Shown piece after piece: positions 36,631 through 46,235 of a stretch of DNA of 64,000 nt. The DNA comes from Cytophagales bacterium. Lineage in GTDB: Bacteria; Bacteroidota; Bacteroidia; Cytophagales; Thermoflexibacteraceae. The notes under the pieces are model-generated. The model was given only the letters and a program-made list of their open reading frames with translations. It was not told where the DNA came from and did not search any database. Within the stretch, counting starts at the first letter, position 1. Each line of letters starts with the position of its first letter. Made by a program: the position numbers and the translations under genes. The stretch is taken from contig JAAFJS010000003.1 of the NCBI GenBank assembly GCA_013298985.1, positions 6,334 through 70,333 on the forward strand, read 5' to 3'.

Positions 36631-37565
36631 AATGCTTGGATTATATTTTCAATAAATTCAATATTTCTTAAATAATCAGAACGCAGATTTTGAAAATGTA
36701 GTTTTTTAATAAAAATATCGCTGTTCTGCATAATTTTAGCTAATTTTTTTTCATCAGTCAAAGCTACCAATAAGCAAAGAAACCAATGCATATTGGCTTT
36801 TTTATTTTGCTCTAATAATGATAAATTTTTAAGTGCTTCTTTAATCTTTTCTTTTAATGAGCGTAATAATTCTTGGTCTCTTACGTCAATTTGTAATAAC
36901 ACTTTGTTTTTAAAATATTGGAAATTTGTATTTTTATCAAATTTTTTTCCTTCCAAATAAAATGCTACAAAAAGACTTATTAATTCTATCAGGTTAATAT
37001 TTTTGGGTAAAAATTGAATTTCATACCTAATATATTCTTTAATTTGATTCAAAAAAATCAATAATTCAGGCTCTAAATCTTGGGCTTGGAGCAAGGATTT
37101 ATTAGTTACCCTGTTTATAATTACATATTTTTCCAATTTGGGCGTAGTAGGACTAAAATATCTTATAGAAACGACACGCCAAAAAATTCTATTTTTTTCG
37201 TATTCAGGTAATTCCTCAAAACTGAATTTGTTGTAGTTAAAAAATTCTAAACCAGTTAATCTAAGTCCATTCATCATAAATTCCTGAATAGCATATAAAA
37301 ATTCGTATCCAAAATCATCAACAGGACGAAATTTGGTTTCATTTGTAACATCTAAGTACAAAATAGGCAAAGGAATATTAAGCAAAATAGTTTCTATCAT
37401 CTTGCTTTTTTTGTGCGGATTAACCAAATGGCTATTTTTTCCAAAATTATTAAAAACAAATTTACCTTCTTCAATATTTCGCACCACTTCATTTAGTGCT
37501 ACTTCATGAGAAAGAATATTAATATTTTTAGAAAATAATTTTTGATGCTTGTCATTGCTTTCCAT
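36627..37565 (-). CDS. DUF262/ParB-like protein (Menshen NsnA-like) with degenerate motifs
   Basis: KSKMIETILLNIPLP.LY and L.LTGLEFF...FEELP match DUF262, and it has an ATGA overlap with the ATPase. Start taken at MESND (37565); GTG 37610 is an alternative. Confidence 0.7.
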   Translation of the reverse strand: MESNDKHQKLFSKNINILSHEVALNEVVRNIEEGKFVFNNFGKNSHLVNPHKKSKMIETILLNIPLPILYLDVTNETKFRPVDDFGYEFLYAIQEFMMNGLRLTGLEFFNYNKFSFEELPEYEKNRIFWRVVSIRYFSPTTPKLEKYVIINRVTNKSLLQAQDLEPELLIFLNQIKEYIRYEIQFLPKNINLIELISLFVAFYLEGKKFDKNTNFQYFKNKVLLQIDVRDQELLRSLKEKIKEALKNLSLLEQNKKANMHWFLCLLVALTDEKKLAKIMQNSDIFIKKLHFQNLRSDYLRNIEFIENIIQAL

Positions 37566-37628
37566 AGCTACAAAACTAATAATACTCCCCAAAACTAAAA
37601 AAACTTTCACAAAGTTAGCAATAATTCC

Positions 37629-40600
37629 CTACATATTCCTTCTATACTGCCCACCAACTTCATATAATGCCTGACTCATTTGCCCCAAAGAACAGACTTT
37701 TGCCGCTTCCATCAGACTTTCAAAGAGGTTTCCGTTATTTATTGCGGTGCTTTGTAAGTTTTTTAGCGCAATTTTTGCCTCTTTTTCGTGGAAAGCATGG
37801 AAACTGTTTAAGTCCTTGATAGTGAGTTCTTTTTCTTCGGTGGTACTTCTGATAACCTCTTTGGGCAGTACCGTAGGCGAGCCTTGCGGGTCAAGAAAAG
37901 TATTAACACCGATAATGGGTAGCTTGCCTTCGTGTTTGAGGGTTTCGTAGTACATACTTTCTTCTTGGATTTTGCTGCGTTGGTACATTCTTTCCATTGC
38001 GCCGAGTACGCCGCCGCGTTCGGAAATATTCCTAAACTCCTGCAAAACAGCTTGTTCTACTAATTCTGTTAATTCATCTATAATGAAAGCACCTTGTAAC
38101 GGATTCTCATTTTTTGACAAGCCCAATTCATGGTTAATTATCAACTGAATTGCCAAGGCTCGTCTTACACTTTCTTCGGTAGGGGTGGTGATAGCCTCAT
38201 CATAAGCGTTGGTATGCAGAGAGTTACAGTTGTCATAAATCGCATAAAGTGCTTGCAAAGTGGTTCTTATATCATTGAAAGCGATTTCTTGTGCGTGCAA
38301 ACTGCGCCCCGAAGTTTGGATATGATATTTGAGTTTTTGGCTGCGGTCGTTGCCTTTGTACTTGTATTTGATGGCTTTTGCCCAGATTCGGCGAGCTACT
38401 CTGCCCATGACAGAATATTCGGGGTCCATGCCATTGGAAAAAAAGAAAGACAAATTGGGTGCAAAATCGTCAATATTCATGCCTCTGCTTAGGTAATACT
38501 CGACAAAAGTAAAGCCATTGGAAAGGGTAAAAGCTAACTGTGAAATAGGATTTGCGCCCGCCTCTGCAATGTGGTAACCTGAAATAGAAACAGAATAAAA
38601 ATTCTTAACTTGTTGATTGACAAAATATTGCTGAATATCGCCCATCATTCGCAAGGCAAATTCGGTACTGAAAATGCAGGTGTTTTGCGCTTGGTCTTCT
38701 TTGAGAATATCTGCCTGAACCGTTCCACGAACTACTTGCAAGGTTTCTGCTTTTATTTTTTCATAAATCTCTTTATCAAGCACTTGCTCGCCTGTAACGC
38801 CCAAAAGTAGCAAACCTAAGCCGTCGTTACCTTCGGGGAGAGAGGCGTTGTATTGAGGTTGCCCCACCCGTAGCGACGGTCGCCCTAACCCCTCCCCAAC
38901 GGAGAGGGGAATATACTCCCTCCCAGAAGGGGAGGGCTGGAGTGGGGCGGAATAAATTGCTTGAATTTTCTTTTCTACTTCCTCCAACAATCCATTTTTC
39001 TTAATGTAAATTTCGCACTGCTGGTCTATGGCGGCATTCATAAAAAAAGCCAAAATCATAGGGGCGGGACCATTGATAGTCATTGAAACTGAGGTACTTG
39101 GGCTACACAGATTAAAACCAGAGTACAGTTTTTTTGCTTCGTCAATCGTAAAAATACTTACGCCAGAGTTGCCCACTTTTCCATAAATATCAGGGCGGTG
39201 GTCAGGATTTTCGCCATAAAGTGTAACAGAGTCAAAAGCAGTGGAAAGTCGCTTGGCAGGTAAGCCACTTGATACAAAGTGGAATCGCTTGTTGGTGCGC
39301 TCGGCATTTCCCTCGCCTGCAAACATACGCGCAGGGTCTTCGCCTTCGCGTTTGAGTGGGAAAACGCCCGCCGCATAAGGGAAGCTACCTGGCACATTTT
39401 CAGTGAGTAACCACTTTAATCTATCGCCCCAATCTTGGTATTTGGGCAGGGCTACTTTGGGGATTTTGAGGTGCGAAAGCGTTTCTGTATAAAGCTCTTG
39501 CGCTAAAATTTTATCACGAACTTTGAACTGATATTTTTCTGCGGTGTAAGTTTTTACTAAATCTTCCCAAGAAAAAAGCAGTTTTTTACATTCGTAGTCA
39601 AGTTGTTGTTCTAATTCATTGTATAATTGTTGGATTTGTTGGATTTGTTGGTTGTTGGTTGTTAGTTGTTGGATTGTTCCATTGAGTTGATACATTTTAC
39701 GCGCGATATTGCATTGATTTTCAACGAATTTGTCGTAATTATCGCTATTTTCTGCAATTTCTGCCAAGTAGCGCACGCGGTCAGGGGGAATGACAGCTAA
39801 TTGTTGGATTGTTGGATTGTTGGATTGTTCTTTTGGGCTATTAGTAGTCTTTTTTCCGTTGTCCGATTCCTCACTGACAACCCTTAAATTTACGTCTGTT
39901 TTTTTATCAATTTCCTCAATAATTTTTTCAAATAAAATATTCATTCCCAAGTCGTTGAACTGGCTGGCAATCGTACCGTAAACAGGCAAATCTTCATCTT
40001 TGCCTTCCCAATAGTTGCGGTTGCGACGGTACTGCTTTCTTACATCGCGGAGTGCGTCCAGCGAGCCTCTTTTGTCAAATTTATTGATGGCGATGAGGTC
40101 TGCAAAGTCGAGCATATCAATCTTTTCGAGTTGTGTAGCCGCGCCGTACTCGCTGGTCATCACGTAAAGAGAAACGTCGGCGTGTTCGGTAATTTCGGTA
40201 TCGGACTGTCCAATTCCCGAAGTTTCGATAATTATCAAGTCAAAACTTGCTGCTTTACAGATGTTTATGGCATCTCTGACATATTTGCTCAATGCCAGAT
40301 TGGACTGACGAGTCGCCAGCGAGCGCATATACACGCGAGGATGGTTGATGCTATTCATGCGGATACGGTCGCCAAGTAATGCGCCGCCCGTTTTGCGCTT
40401 AGAAGGGTCGACAGAAATAATTGCAATGGTCTGATTATCAGTATTTAGCAAAAATCTACGCACCAGTTCATCTACCAAAGAGGACTTGCCTGCGCCGCCT
40501 GTGCCTGTGATGCCAAGGACGGGGGTTCTTATTTGTTTGAAATTGTTTGAAGTTGTTTGAAGTTGCTCATTGTTAATTGATAGCTGTCCTTTGATTTTTT

Positions 40601-40691
40601 CGAATTGGTCAGGGTAGTTTTCTGCTAAGGTGATAAGCTGGGCAATGAGCTGATGATGATGAGCATTGAGTATTTTATTGGGCGTTGTCAT
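37629..40691 (-). CDS. icmF: IcmF-like MeaB GTPase + acyl-CoA mutase fusion lacking the N-terminal B12-binding domain
   Basis: [74 protein letters not shown]. No DxHxxG motif is present. Confidence 0.85.
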   Translation of the reverse strand: MTTPNKILNAHHHQLIAQLITLAENYPDQFEKIKGQLSINNEQLQTTSNNFKQIRTPVLGITGTGGAGKSSLVDELVRRFLLNTDNQTIAIISVDPSKRKTGGALLGDRIRMNSINHPRVYMRSLATRQSNLALSKYVRDAINICKAASFDLIIIETSGIGQSDTEITEHADVSLYVMTSEYGAATQLEKIDMLDFADLIAINKFDKRGSLDALRDVRKQYRRNRNYWEGKDEDLPVYGTIASQFNDLGMNILFEKIIEEIDKKTDVNLRVVSEESDNGKKTTNSPKEQSNNPTIQQLAVIPPDRVRYLAEIAENSDNYDKFVENQCNIARKMYQLNGTIQQLTTNNQQIQQIQQLYNELEQQLDYECKKLLFSWEDLVKTYTAEKYQFKVRDKILAQELYTETLSHLKIPKVALPKYQDWGDRLKWLLTENVPGSFPYAAGVFPLKREGEDPARMFAGEGNAERTNKRFHFVSSGLPAKRLSTAFDSVTLYGENPDHRPDIYGKVGNSGVSIFTIDEAKKLYSGFNLCSPSTSVSMTINGPAPMILAFFMNAAIDQQCEIYIKKNGLLEEVEKKIQAIYSAPLQPSPSGREYIPLSVGEGLGRPSLRVGQPQYNASLPEGNDGLGLLLLGVTGEQVLDKEIYEKIKAETLQVVRGTVQADILKEDQAQNTCIFSTEFALRMMGDIQQYFVNQQVKNFYSVSISGYHIAEAGANPISQLAFTLSNGFTFVEYYLSRGMNIDDFAPNLSFFFSNGMDPEYSVMGRVARRIWAKAIKYKYKGNDRSQKLKYHIQTSGRSLHAQEIAFNDIRTTLQALYAIYDNCNSLHTNAYDEAITTPTEESVRRALAIQLIINHELGLSKNENPLQGAFIIDELTELVEQAVLQEFRNISERGGVLGAMERMYQRSKIQEESMYYETLKHEGKLPIIGVNTFLDPQGSPTVLPKEVIRSTTEEKELTIKDLNSFHAFHEKEAKIALKNLQSTAINNGNLFESLMEAAKVCSLGQMSQALYEVGGQYRRNM
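38873..38947. repeat. palindromic REP-like element inserted in frame in the mutase
   Basis: Two GC hairpins (CCCCTCCCC-AAC-GGAGAGGGG; CCCTCCC-AGAAG-GGGAGGG). It encodes part of [28 protein letters not shown]. Confidence 0.75.
39626..39678. repeat. in-frame short tandem repeat (TTGTTGG-based 7-9-mers)
   Basis: ATTGTTGG ATTTGTTGG ATTTGTTGG TTGTTGG TTGTTAG TTGTTGG ATTGTT; encodes [18 protein letters not shown]. Confidence 0.8.
39800..39829. repeat. in-frame short tandem repeat (ATTGTTGG x3.75)
   Basis: Direct read of the sequence; encodes [10 protein letters not shown]. Confidence 0.8.
40533..40562. repeat. in-frame short tandem repeat (TTGTTTGAAG x3)
   Basis: TTGTTTGAAA TTGTTTGAAG TTGTTTGAAG; encodes [10 protein letters not shown]. 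Confidence 0.8.
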
Positions 40692-40804
40692 GGTGTTTTT
40701 TTTGAGTGATGAGTTAGTAGTGATACATTATAAAGTTTTGATATTCATACATTTATAAACTAATATAACTCAAACTTGGTTAAGGCTAAGTGTATTTTTA
40801 TATG

Positions 40805-40812
40805 CAAAAATA
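40805..40812 (-). promoter_or_regulatory. candidate -7 promoter box for the mutase gene
   Basis: TATTTTTG on the minus strand, about 115 bp upstream of the ATG. Confidence 0.4.
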
Positions 40813-40942
40813 GGAAATTTATCTTAGAATTTCTCATAGATTCACTCACTAAAAATTTGAGCGTTTCTACTCATATTTTTTGAGCAAATCATGTTATAGG
40901 TTAGCAATAGAAAACCTGCTAATTTTGTAATATCAAATTAAG

Positions 40943-41120
40943 TAGGACTTACGCAGAGGTTCTTTTAGACACTTTAACTGCTTATAGTGAGGCTAAAAAC
41001 AGCAAAAAAATATCGTGCCTGCTAAATTAGGCAAAATTCGTTTTGCTCGTTTTCAAAATTTACATTTTAAGGCGTTTTAAGCGTATATTTCATTAGTTTC
41101 AAATTTTTGCGTAAGTCCTA
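40943..41120. mobile_element. 178-bp MITE, copy 1
   Basis: 13-bp perfect TIR TAGGACTTACGCA / TGCGTAAGTCCTA; near-identical second copy at 41440. Confidence 0.88.
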
Positions 41121-41185
41121 TTAAGATAATAAATATCTGATTTGATAAAGATATTATTAAGGGGGTAAATTTGAATAAAAATCTG

Positions 41186-41223
41186 AAACAGTCCTTTTGC
41201 TTTGCGGAGGGACTGTTTTTTTT
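41186..41223 (+). terminator. orphan intrinsic terminator between MITE copies
   Basis: AAACAGTCCTT / AGGGACTGTTT stem followed by T8. Confidence 0.6.
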
Positions 41224-41345
41224 GTTTAAGACAACCTTATTAATTGCTTTTTCGTAAGTTGAAAAATGGTGTTTTAAAAAAATATAGTTATTTAGTTTTA
41301 AACAAAACATACTTAAATGATTGTAAACCAATTTTTTAAATTATT

Positions 41346-41439
41346 TAGGACTTACGCATCGTTTTTATATTTCAAAAAACGTTTAACTTTGGGGCTAAAA
41401 CAGGGTTATTATGAACTATCAAGCATTTCGCAATATTTA
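41346..41439 (+). mobile_element. solitary left end of a related element with different internal sequence
   Basis: Third TAGGACTTACGCA at 41346, followed by a TAACTTTG box and an ATG, ending where MITE copy 2 begins. Confidence 0.55.
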
Positions 41440-41617
41440 TAGGACTTACGCAGAGGTTCTTTTAGGCACTTTAACTGCTTATAGTGAGGCTAAAAACAGC
41501 AAAAAAATATCGTGCCTGCTAAATTAGGCAAAACTCGTTTTACCAGTTTTCAAAATTTGAATTTTAAGGCATTTTAAGCGCATATTTCGTTAGTTTCAAA
41601 TTTTTGCGTAAGTCCTA
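41440..41617. mobile_element. 178-bp MITE, copy 2
   Basis: Same TIRs and length as copy 1; about 10 substitutions by manual alignment. Confidence 0.88.
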
Positions 41618-42012
41618 ATTTATATTCCTTACAATAGATTTATCTATAATTATTTTTTCCACTCTACTATGATTTATATGTTCTTTATCAAACAAAGTTT
41701 TATATGTAGTGTATAAATGAACATTAAATATAATTTTTTGAATCATTTATTGATAACAATGTCATTTCTTTAATTACTAATTTTTTACCACAACATTTAT
41801 TGATAATTGAAAACTGTTTATTGATAAGTTGCTAAGGTAAGGAAGGGGAAGGGAAAAAGGAAATAGCAAAAGCATTTATTTCTTATTTGACTGCCAAGTG
41901 ATATTTCTTATTAAGAACCTGTCAAATTTGATGAATAAAGTTTCATTCAAAACTTGAGGTGAAAAAATCAAAAAATTAACCTCATTTTAATCTTTCCTTT
42001 TCAAAAACGTTT

Positions 42013-42020
42013 TATCTTTG
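42013..42020 (+). promoter_or_regulatory. Bacteroidota -7 promoter box upstream of carB
   Basis: TATCTTTG(C), canonical TAnnTTTG. Confidence 0.55.
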
Positions 42021-42244
42021 CGAGATTTTTAAAATAGTTAAGTAAAAAGTAAACGTGAAAATACCAATATTTAACCCAATTCATAAAAACGCATACAAAA
42101 TGGCTTTACCGAACTTCTAAGGAAGTTTAGTAAAGCTAATTTTTTGAAATTTATTGTTGATTGTTAAATAACAGATGATTTTTAATGCAATTAACAACTA
42201 ACAATTTAACCATATAACTATTCAACAATTTCAATTTAATCAAA

Positions 42245-45058
42245 ATGCCAAAAAATCCAAACATCAAATCCGTCTTGATTATCGGCAGTGGTCCCATCGT
42301 GATTGGGCAAGCCTGCGAATTTGACTATGCTGGCTCACAAGCCGCCCGCTCTCTGCGTGAGGAAGGGATAGAAGTTATCTTGATTAACTCCAATCCTGCC
42401 ACGATTATGACTGACCCCGTTACGGCTGACCATGTGTATTTGAAACCTTTGGAGAAAAAATACATCAGGGAAATACTGGAAAAGCACAAAATTGATGCGG
42501 TACTTCCTACGATGGGCGGGCAGACGGCACTGAACTTGGCGATTGACTGCGAGAAGGCGGGCATCTGGAAAAAATATGGCGTGCAGATGATAGGCGTTGA
42601 TGTGAACGCGATTAATACGACGGAGGACAGGGAGCTTTTTCGTATGAAAATGATAGAACTGGGCGTGGGAGTTTGTAAAGGTAGAATCGCAAAATCATAT
42701 TTGGAAGGCAAGGAAATAGCGCAAGAGATTGGTTTTCCATTAGTTATCCGCCCTTCGTTTACACTTGGTGGCACAGGGGGCGGTTTCGTGGACAATCCTG
42801 AAAAGTTTGACGAGGCATTGAATTTGGGCTTGCACGCCTCACCCACGCACGAGGTATTGGTGGAGCAGAGTATTTCGGGCTGGAAAGAATTTGAGTTAGA
42901 AATCCTCAGAGATAATGCCGCTAATATGATTATTATCTGCTCGATAGAGAATTTTGACCCAATGGGCGTGCATACAGGCGACTCGATTACGGTTGCGCCT
43001 GCGATGACACTTTCTGATACGGTTTACCAGCACATGAGGGATTTGGCAATTAAGATGATGCATGGCATTGGGCAGTTTGCAGGAGGGTGTAACGTACAGT
43101 TTTCGGTCAATCCTGATACTGATGAAATTATAGCGATTGAGATAAACCCCAGAGTATCAAGGTCTTCTGCGCTTGCTTCCAAAGCTACGGGCTACCCCAT
43201 AGCCAAAGTTTCGGCAAAGCTGGCGATTGGCTACAACCTTGATGAGTTAGAAAACCAAATCACCAAAACGACTTCGGCATTTTTTGAACCTGCCTTAGAT
43301 TATGTAATTGTGAAAATACCACGCTGGAATTTTGATAAATTCAAAGGCTCAGATACCAGATTGGGACTGCAAATGAAGTCTGTGGGCGAGGCAATGGGTA
43401 TTGGGCGCAATTTCCAAGAAGCACTTCAAAAAGCCTGTCAGTCGCTGGAAATCAAGCGAAACGGCTTGGGCGCAGACGGCAAGGAAATGACCGACCAACA
43501 TACGATTTTGGACAAATTGGCAAATCCATCTTGGGATAGGTTATTCAGGATTTATGATGCCTTCAAATTAGGGATTTCATTCAAAACAATTCAAAAACTG
43601 ACCAAAATAGACAAGTGGTTTTTGAACCAAATAGAAGAATTGGTTTTGCTCGAAAAAGACATTCAAAAGTTTAGTATTGACAGTATTCCCAAAGGTTTGT
43701 TACTGACTGCCAAGCAAAAAGGATATGCTGACCGCCAAATAGCCCACTTGGTCGATTGCTTAGAAAGTGAAGTGCATACAGTTCGTAAAAGCATGGGTAT
43801 CAACCGAGTGTATAAAATTGTGGATACTTGTGCGGCAGAGTTTGAGGCAAAAACACCGTATTATTATTCTACTTTTGAGGAAGAAAATGAGTCCATCGTT
43901 ACTGATACAAAGAAAATAGTAGTGCTGGGTTCGGGACCTAACCGCATCGGGCAGGGCATCGAGTTTGACTACTCCTGCGTGCATGGCGTACTTGCGGCAA
44001 AAGAGTGTGGTTATGAAACGATTATGATTAATTGTAATCCTGAAACGGTTTCTACGGATTTTAACATTGCAGACAAGCTGTACTTTGAGCCTGTATTTTG
44101 GGAACACATTTACGACATTATTCAGCACGAAAAACCTGAAGGTGTTATCGTGCAGTTAGGTGGACAGACTGCGCTCAAAATAGCGGAGAAACTGAGCAGA
44201 TATGGCATCAAAATCTTAGGTACAGACTACGCCAGCCTTGATTTGGCAGAAGACAGAGGTAAGTTTTCTGACCTATTGAAAGAAAATAATATTCCCTATC
44301 CTCAGTATGGCGTAATCCAAGATTCTGACCAAGCCATCGAGCTTTCCAGAGAACTGGGCTTTCCTTTGTTGGTGCGCCCTTCGTATGTGCTGGGTGGGCA
44401 GAGCATGAAAATCGTTATCAATGAAAAAGAATTGGAGCAACACGTGGTCAATATTTTGAATGAAAATCCTGATAATCGGGTGCTTCTCGACCACTTTTTG
44501 GAAAATGCGATAGAGGCAGAGGCAGATGCGATTTGTGATGGCGAAGAGGTGTATATCATCGGTATCATGGAGCATATCGAGCCTGCGGGCATTCACTCTG
44601 GCGACTCTAATGCCGTTTTGCCACCCTTCAACTTGGGCGATTTGGTGATGACGCAAATCAGGAATCATACCCGCAAAATTGCGCTTGCACTCAATACGAT
44701 TGGGCTTATCAATATCCAATTTGCGATTAAAAACGACATCGTGTATATCATTGAGGCAAATCCACGCGCCTCGCGCACTGTACCTTTCATCTGCAAGGCG
44801 TACCGCGAGCCGTATGTAAACTATGCCACCAAAGTAATGCTTGGCGAGAAAAAACTCAAAGACTTTGACTTTAATCCATACAAGGAAGGTTATGCCATCA
44901 AGATTCCCGTTTTCTCTTTTAACAAATTCCCTAATGTAAACAAGGAACTGGGTCCTGAAATGAAGTCCACAGGCGAGGCAATTTACTTTATAGACGACCT
45001 TACAGACGACTATTTCATGGATTTGTACGCTAAAAGGAATTTGTATTTGAGTAGGTAG
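42245..45058 (+). CDS. carB: carbamoyl-phosphate synthase large subunit (short form without MGS domain)
   Basis: GSGPIVIGQACEFDY, two ATP-grasp halves, GVHTGDS, GSGPNRIGQGIEFDY, GPEMKSTGE. Confidence 0.97.
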   Translation: MPKNPNIKSVLIIGSGPIVIGQACEFDYAGSQAARSLREEGIEVILINSNPATIMTDPVTADHVYLKPLEKKYIREILEKHKIDAVLPTMGGQTALNLAIDCEKAGIWKKYGVQMIGVDVNAINTTEDRELFRMKMIELGVGVCKGRIAKSYLEGKEIAQEIGFPLVIRPSFTLGGTGGGFVDNPEKFDEALNLGLHASPTHEVLVEQSISGWKEFELEILRDNAANMIIICSIENFDPMGVHTGDSITVAPAMTLSDTVYQHMRDLAIKMMHGIGQFAGGCNVQFSVNPDTDEIIAIEINPRVSRSSALASKATGYPIAKVSAKLAIGYNLDELENQITKTTSAFFEPALDYVIVKIPRWNFDKFKGSDTRLGLQMKSVGEAMGIGRNFQEALQKACQSLEIKRNGLGADGKEMTDQHTILDKLANPSWDRLFRIYDAFKLGISFKTIQKLTKIDKWFLNQIEELVLLEKDIQKFSIDSIPKGLLLTAKQKGYADRQIAHLVDCLESEVHTVRKSMGINRVYKIVDTCAAEFEAKTPYYYSTFEEENESIVTDTKKIVVLGSGPNRIGQGIEFDYSCVHGVLAAKECGYETIMINCNPETVSTDFNIADKLYFEPVFWEHIYDIIQHEKPEGVIVQLGGQTALKIAEKLSRYGIKILGTDYASLDLAEDRGKFSDLLKENNIPYPQYGVIQDSDQAIELSRELGFPLLVRPSYVLGGQSMKIVINEKELEQHVVNILNENPDNRVLLDHFLENAIEAEADAICDGEEVYIIGIMEHIEPAGIHSGDSNAVLPPFNLGDLVMTQIRNHTRKIALALNTIGLINIQFAIKNDIVYIIEANPRASRTVPFICKAYREPYVNYATKVMLGEKKLKDFDFNPYKEGYAIKIPVFSFNKFPNVNKELGPEMKSTGEAIYFIDDLTDDYFMDLYAKRNLYLSR

Positions 45059-45094
45059 TCTATAGAATTAGTAAGCTGGAATTAGAAATTAGAC

Positions 45095-45130
45095 TTTCCC
45101 TCTGTTGTAAATAACTGTAACAGAGGGAAA
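45095..45130. terminator. stem-loop downstream of carB
   Basis: 12-bp stem TTTCCCTCTGTT / AACAGAGGGAAA. Confidence 0.6.
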
Positions 45131-45149
45131 TAATTTAACAATATTTGAA

Positions 45150-46121
45150 ATGCGACTATTTTTATATATTTATGTCTTATTAATATCATCTTGTAGTTTT
45201 TCTACTAAGAATTCTAAGATGATGAGCAATGATTCTACATTATACTCATATAGTGTAGATTCTATTCGTATTGATGATTCTGTGTCTATGATTGCTTACT
45301 GGAAAAAAGGAGAAAAATTTTTCTATGAATTGGAAAAGTCTAAAAAGGAAACTGTCAATGGAAAAGTTGTCAAAGAGGAGGAGAACTTATTTACTGTAAG
45401 TTTTGAAGTCATTGAACAGACTGACAGTCAGTATGTGATTAAATACAAGTATGAAGATTTGGACGAGAAAAAAAGCTCTCAATTACCTATGAGAGAAAAT
45501 ATAATAAGCCGATTTGAATATGAGATTGAAACCAGTAATATGGGCGAATATTTAGGGATTAGAAATTGGGAAGAAATTAAGGATAAAGCACAAGAAGTAA
45601 TACGTCTGCTCAAAGATTCAAAATATACGTCAAAAGAAGAAAGTGATAAAACTCGTGCATTTACAAATAATCTTTTTTCTAATAAAATCAATATAGAAAC
45701 AATTATATCAGGGGAAGTATCTTCTTTGTATGAATTTTATGGATATACCTTTCCAGTAAATCAATCTATTGACTTTGAGGTAAATATACCTAATTTTCCT
45801 ATAATGGATGCTCCTCTAATAGGGAAAAGTAAAATGAGATTCGAATGGCTGAATGACACAGATGTTAAAGAAGAAATCAATCTAAGTTATGACCCACAAA
45901 TTACAAAGCAGGCTTTTCTAAAAACAGAACAGCAACAAGGCAGAGTAATTAAAGATACAATAAATTTATCATATAAAATAAAAGACTTGGCATTTCAAAT
46001 CACGGATATGGAAACAGGTTGGTTTAAAGAATATGAGCAGAATAGAACAATAATTGTTAAACAAAATGGTGTAGAAACAATAAGAGAGAATGTAACACGC
46101 TTTAAAAGGAAGGATAATTAA
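45150..46121 (+). CDS. hypothetical lipoprotein
   Basis: 323-aa AT-rich ORF with lipobox LISSC; no family recognised. Confidence 0.7.
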   Translation: MRLFLYIYVLLISSCSFSTKNSKMMSNDSTLYSYSVDSIRIDDSVSMIAYWKKGEKFFYELEKSKKETVNGKVVKEEENLFTVSFEVIEQTDSQYVIKYKYEDLDEKKSSQLPMRENIISRFEYEIETSNMGEYLGIRNWEEIKDKAQEVIRLLKDSKYTSKEESDKTRAFTNNLFSNKINIETIISGEVSSLYEFYGYTFPVNQSIDFEVNIPNFPIMDAPLIGKSKMRFEWLNDTDVKEEINLSYDPQITKQAFLKTEQQQGRVIKDTINLSYKIKDLAFQITDMETGWFKEYEQNRTIIVKQNGVETIRENVTRFKRKDN

Positions 46122-46235
46122 AAAATCTGAGCTATTTTTAGTGTCCTTGCACTTTCTATAAGGGCAGAAATTCATAATTGATTTTACGCGTTGGTGATAC
46201 ATTAGCTGTTTAGTCCCGCAAAAACGATTGGCAAA

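Noticed and set aside
40692-42244. Possible cobalamin riboswitch or CRISPR array in the large intergenic gap
   Set aside because: No B12-box or riboswitch core motifs seen. The repeats are TIR-bounded 178-bp units, not regularly spaced repeat-spacer units.
42245-45058. CarB lacking the C-terminal MGS allosteric domain
   Set aside because: A short CarB of this form is, to my knowledge, common in Bacteroidota and not specific to this locus.
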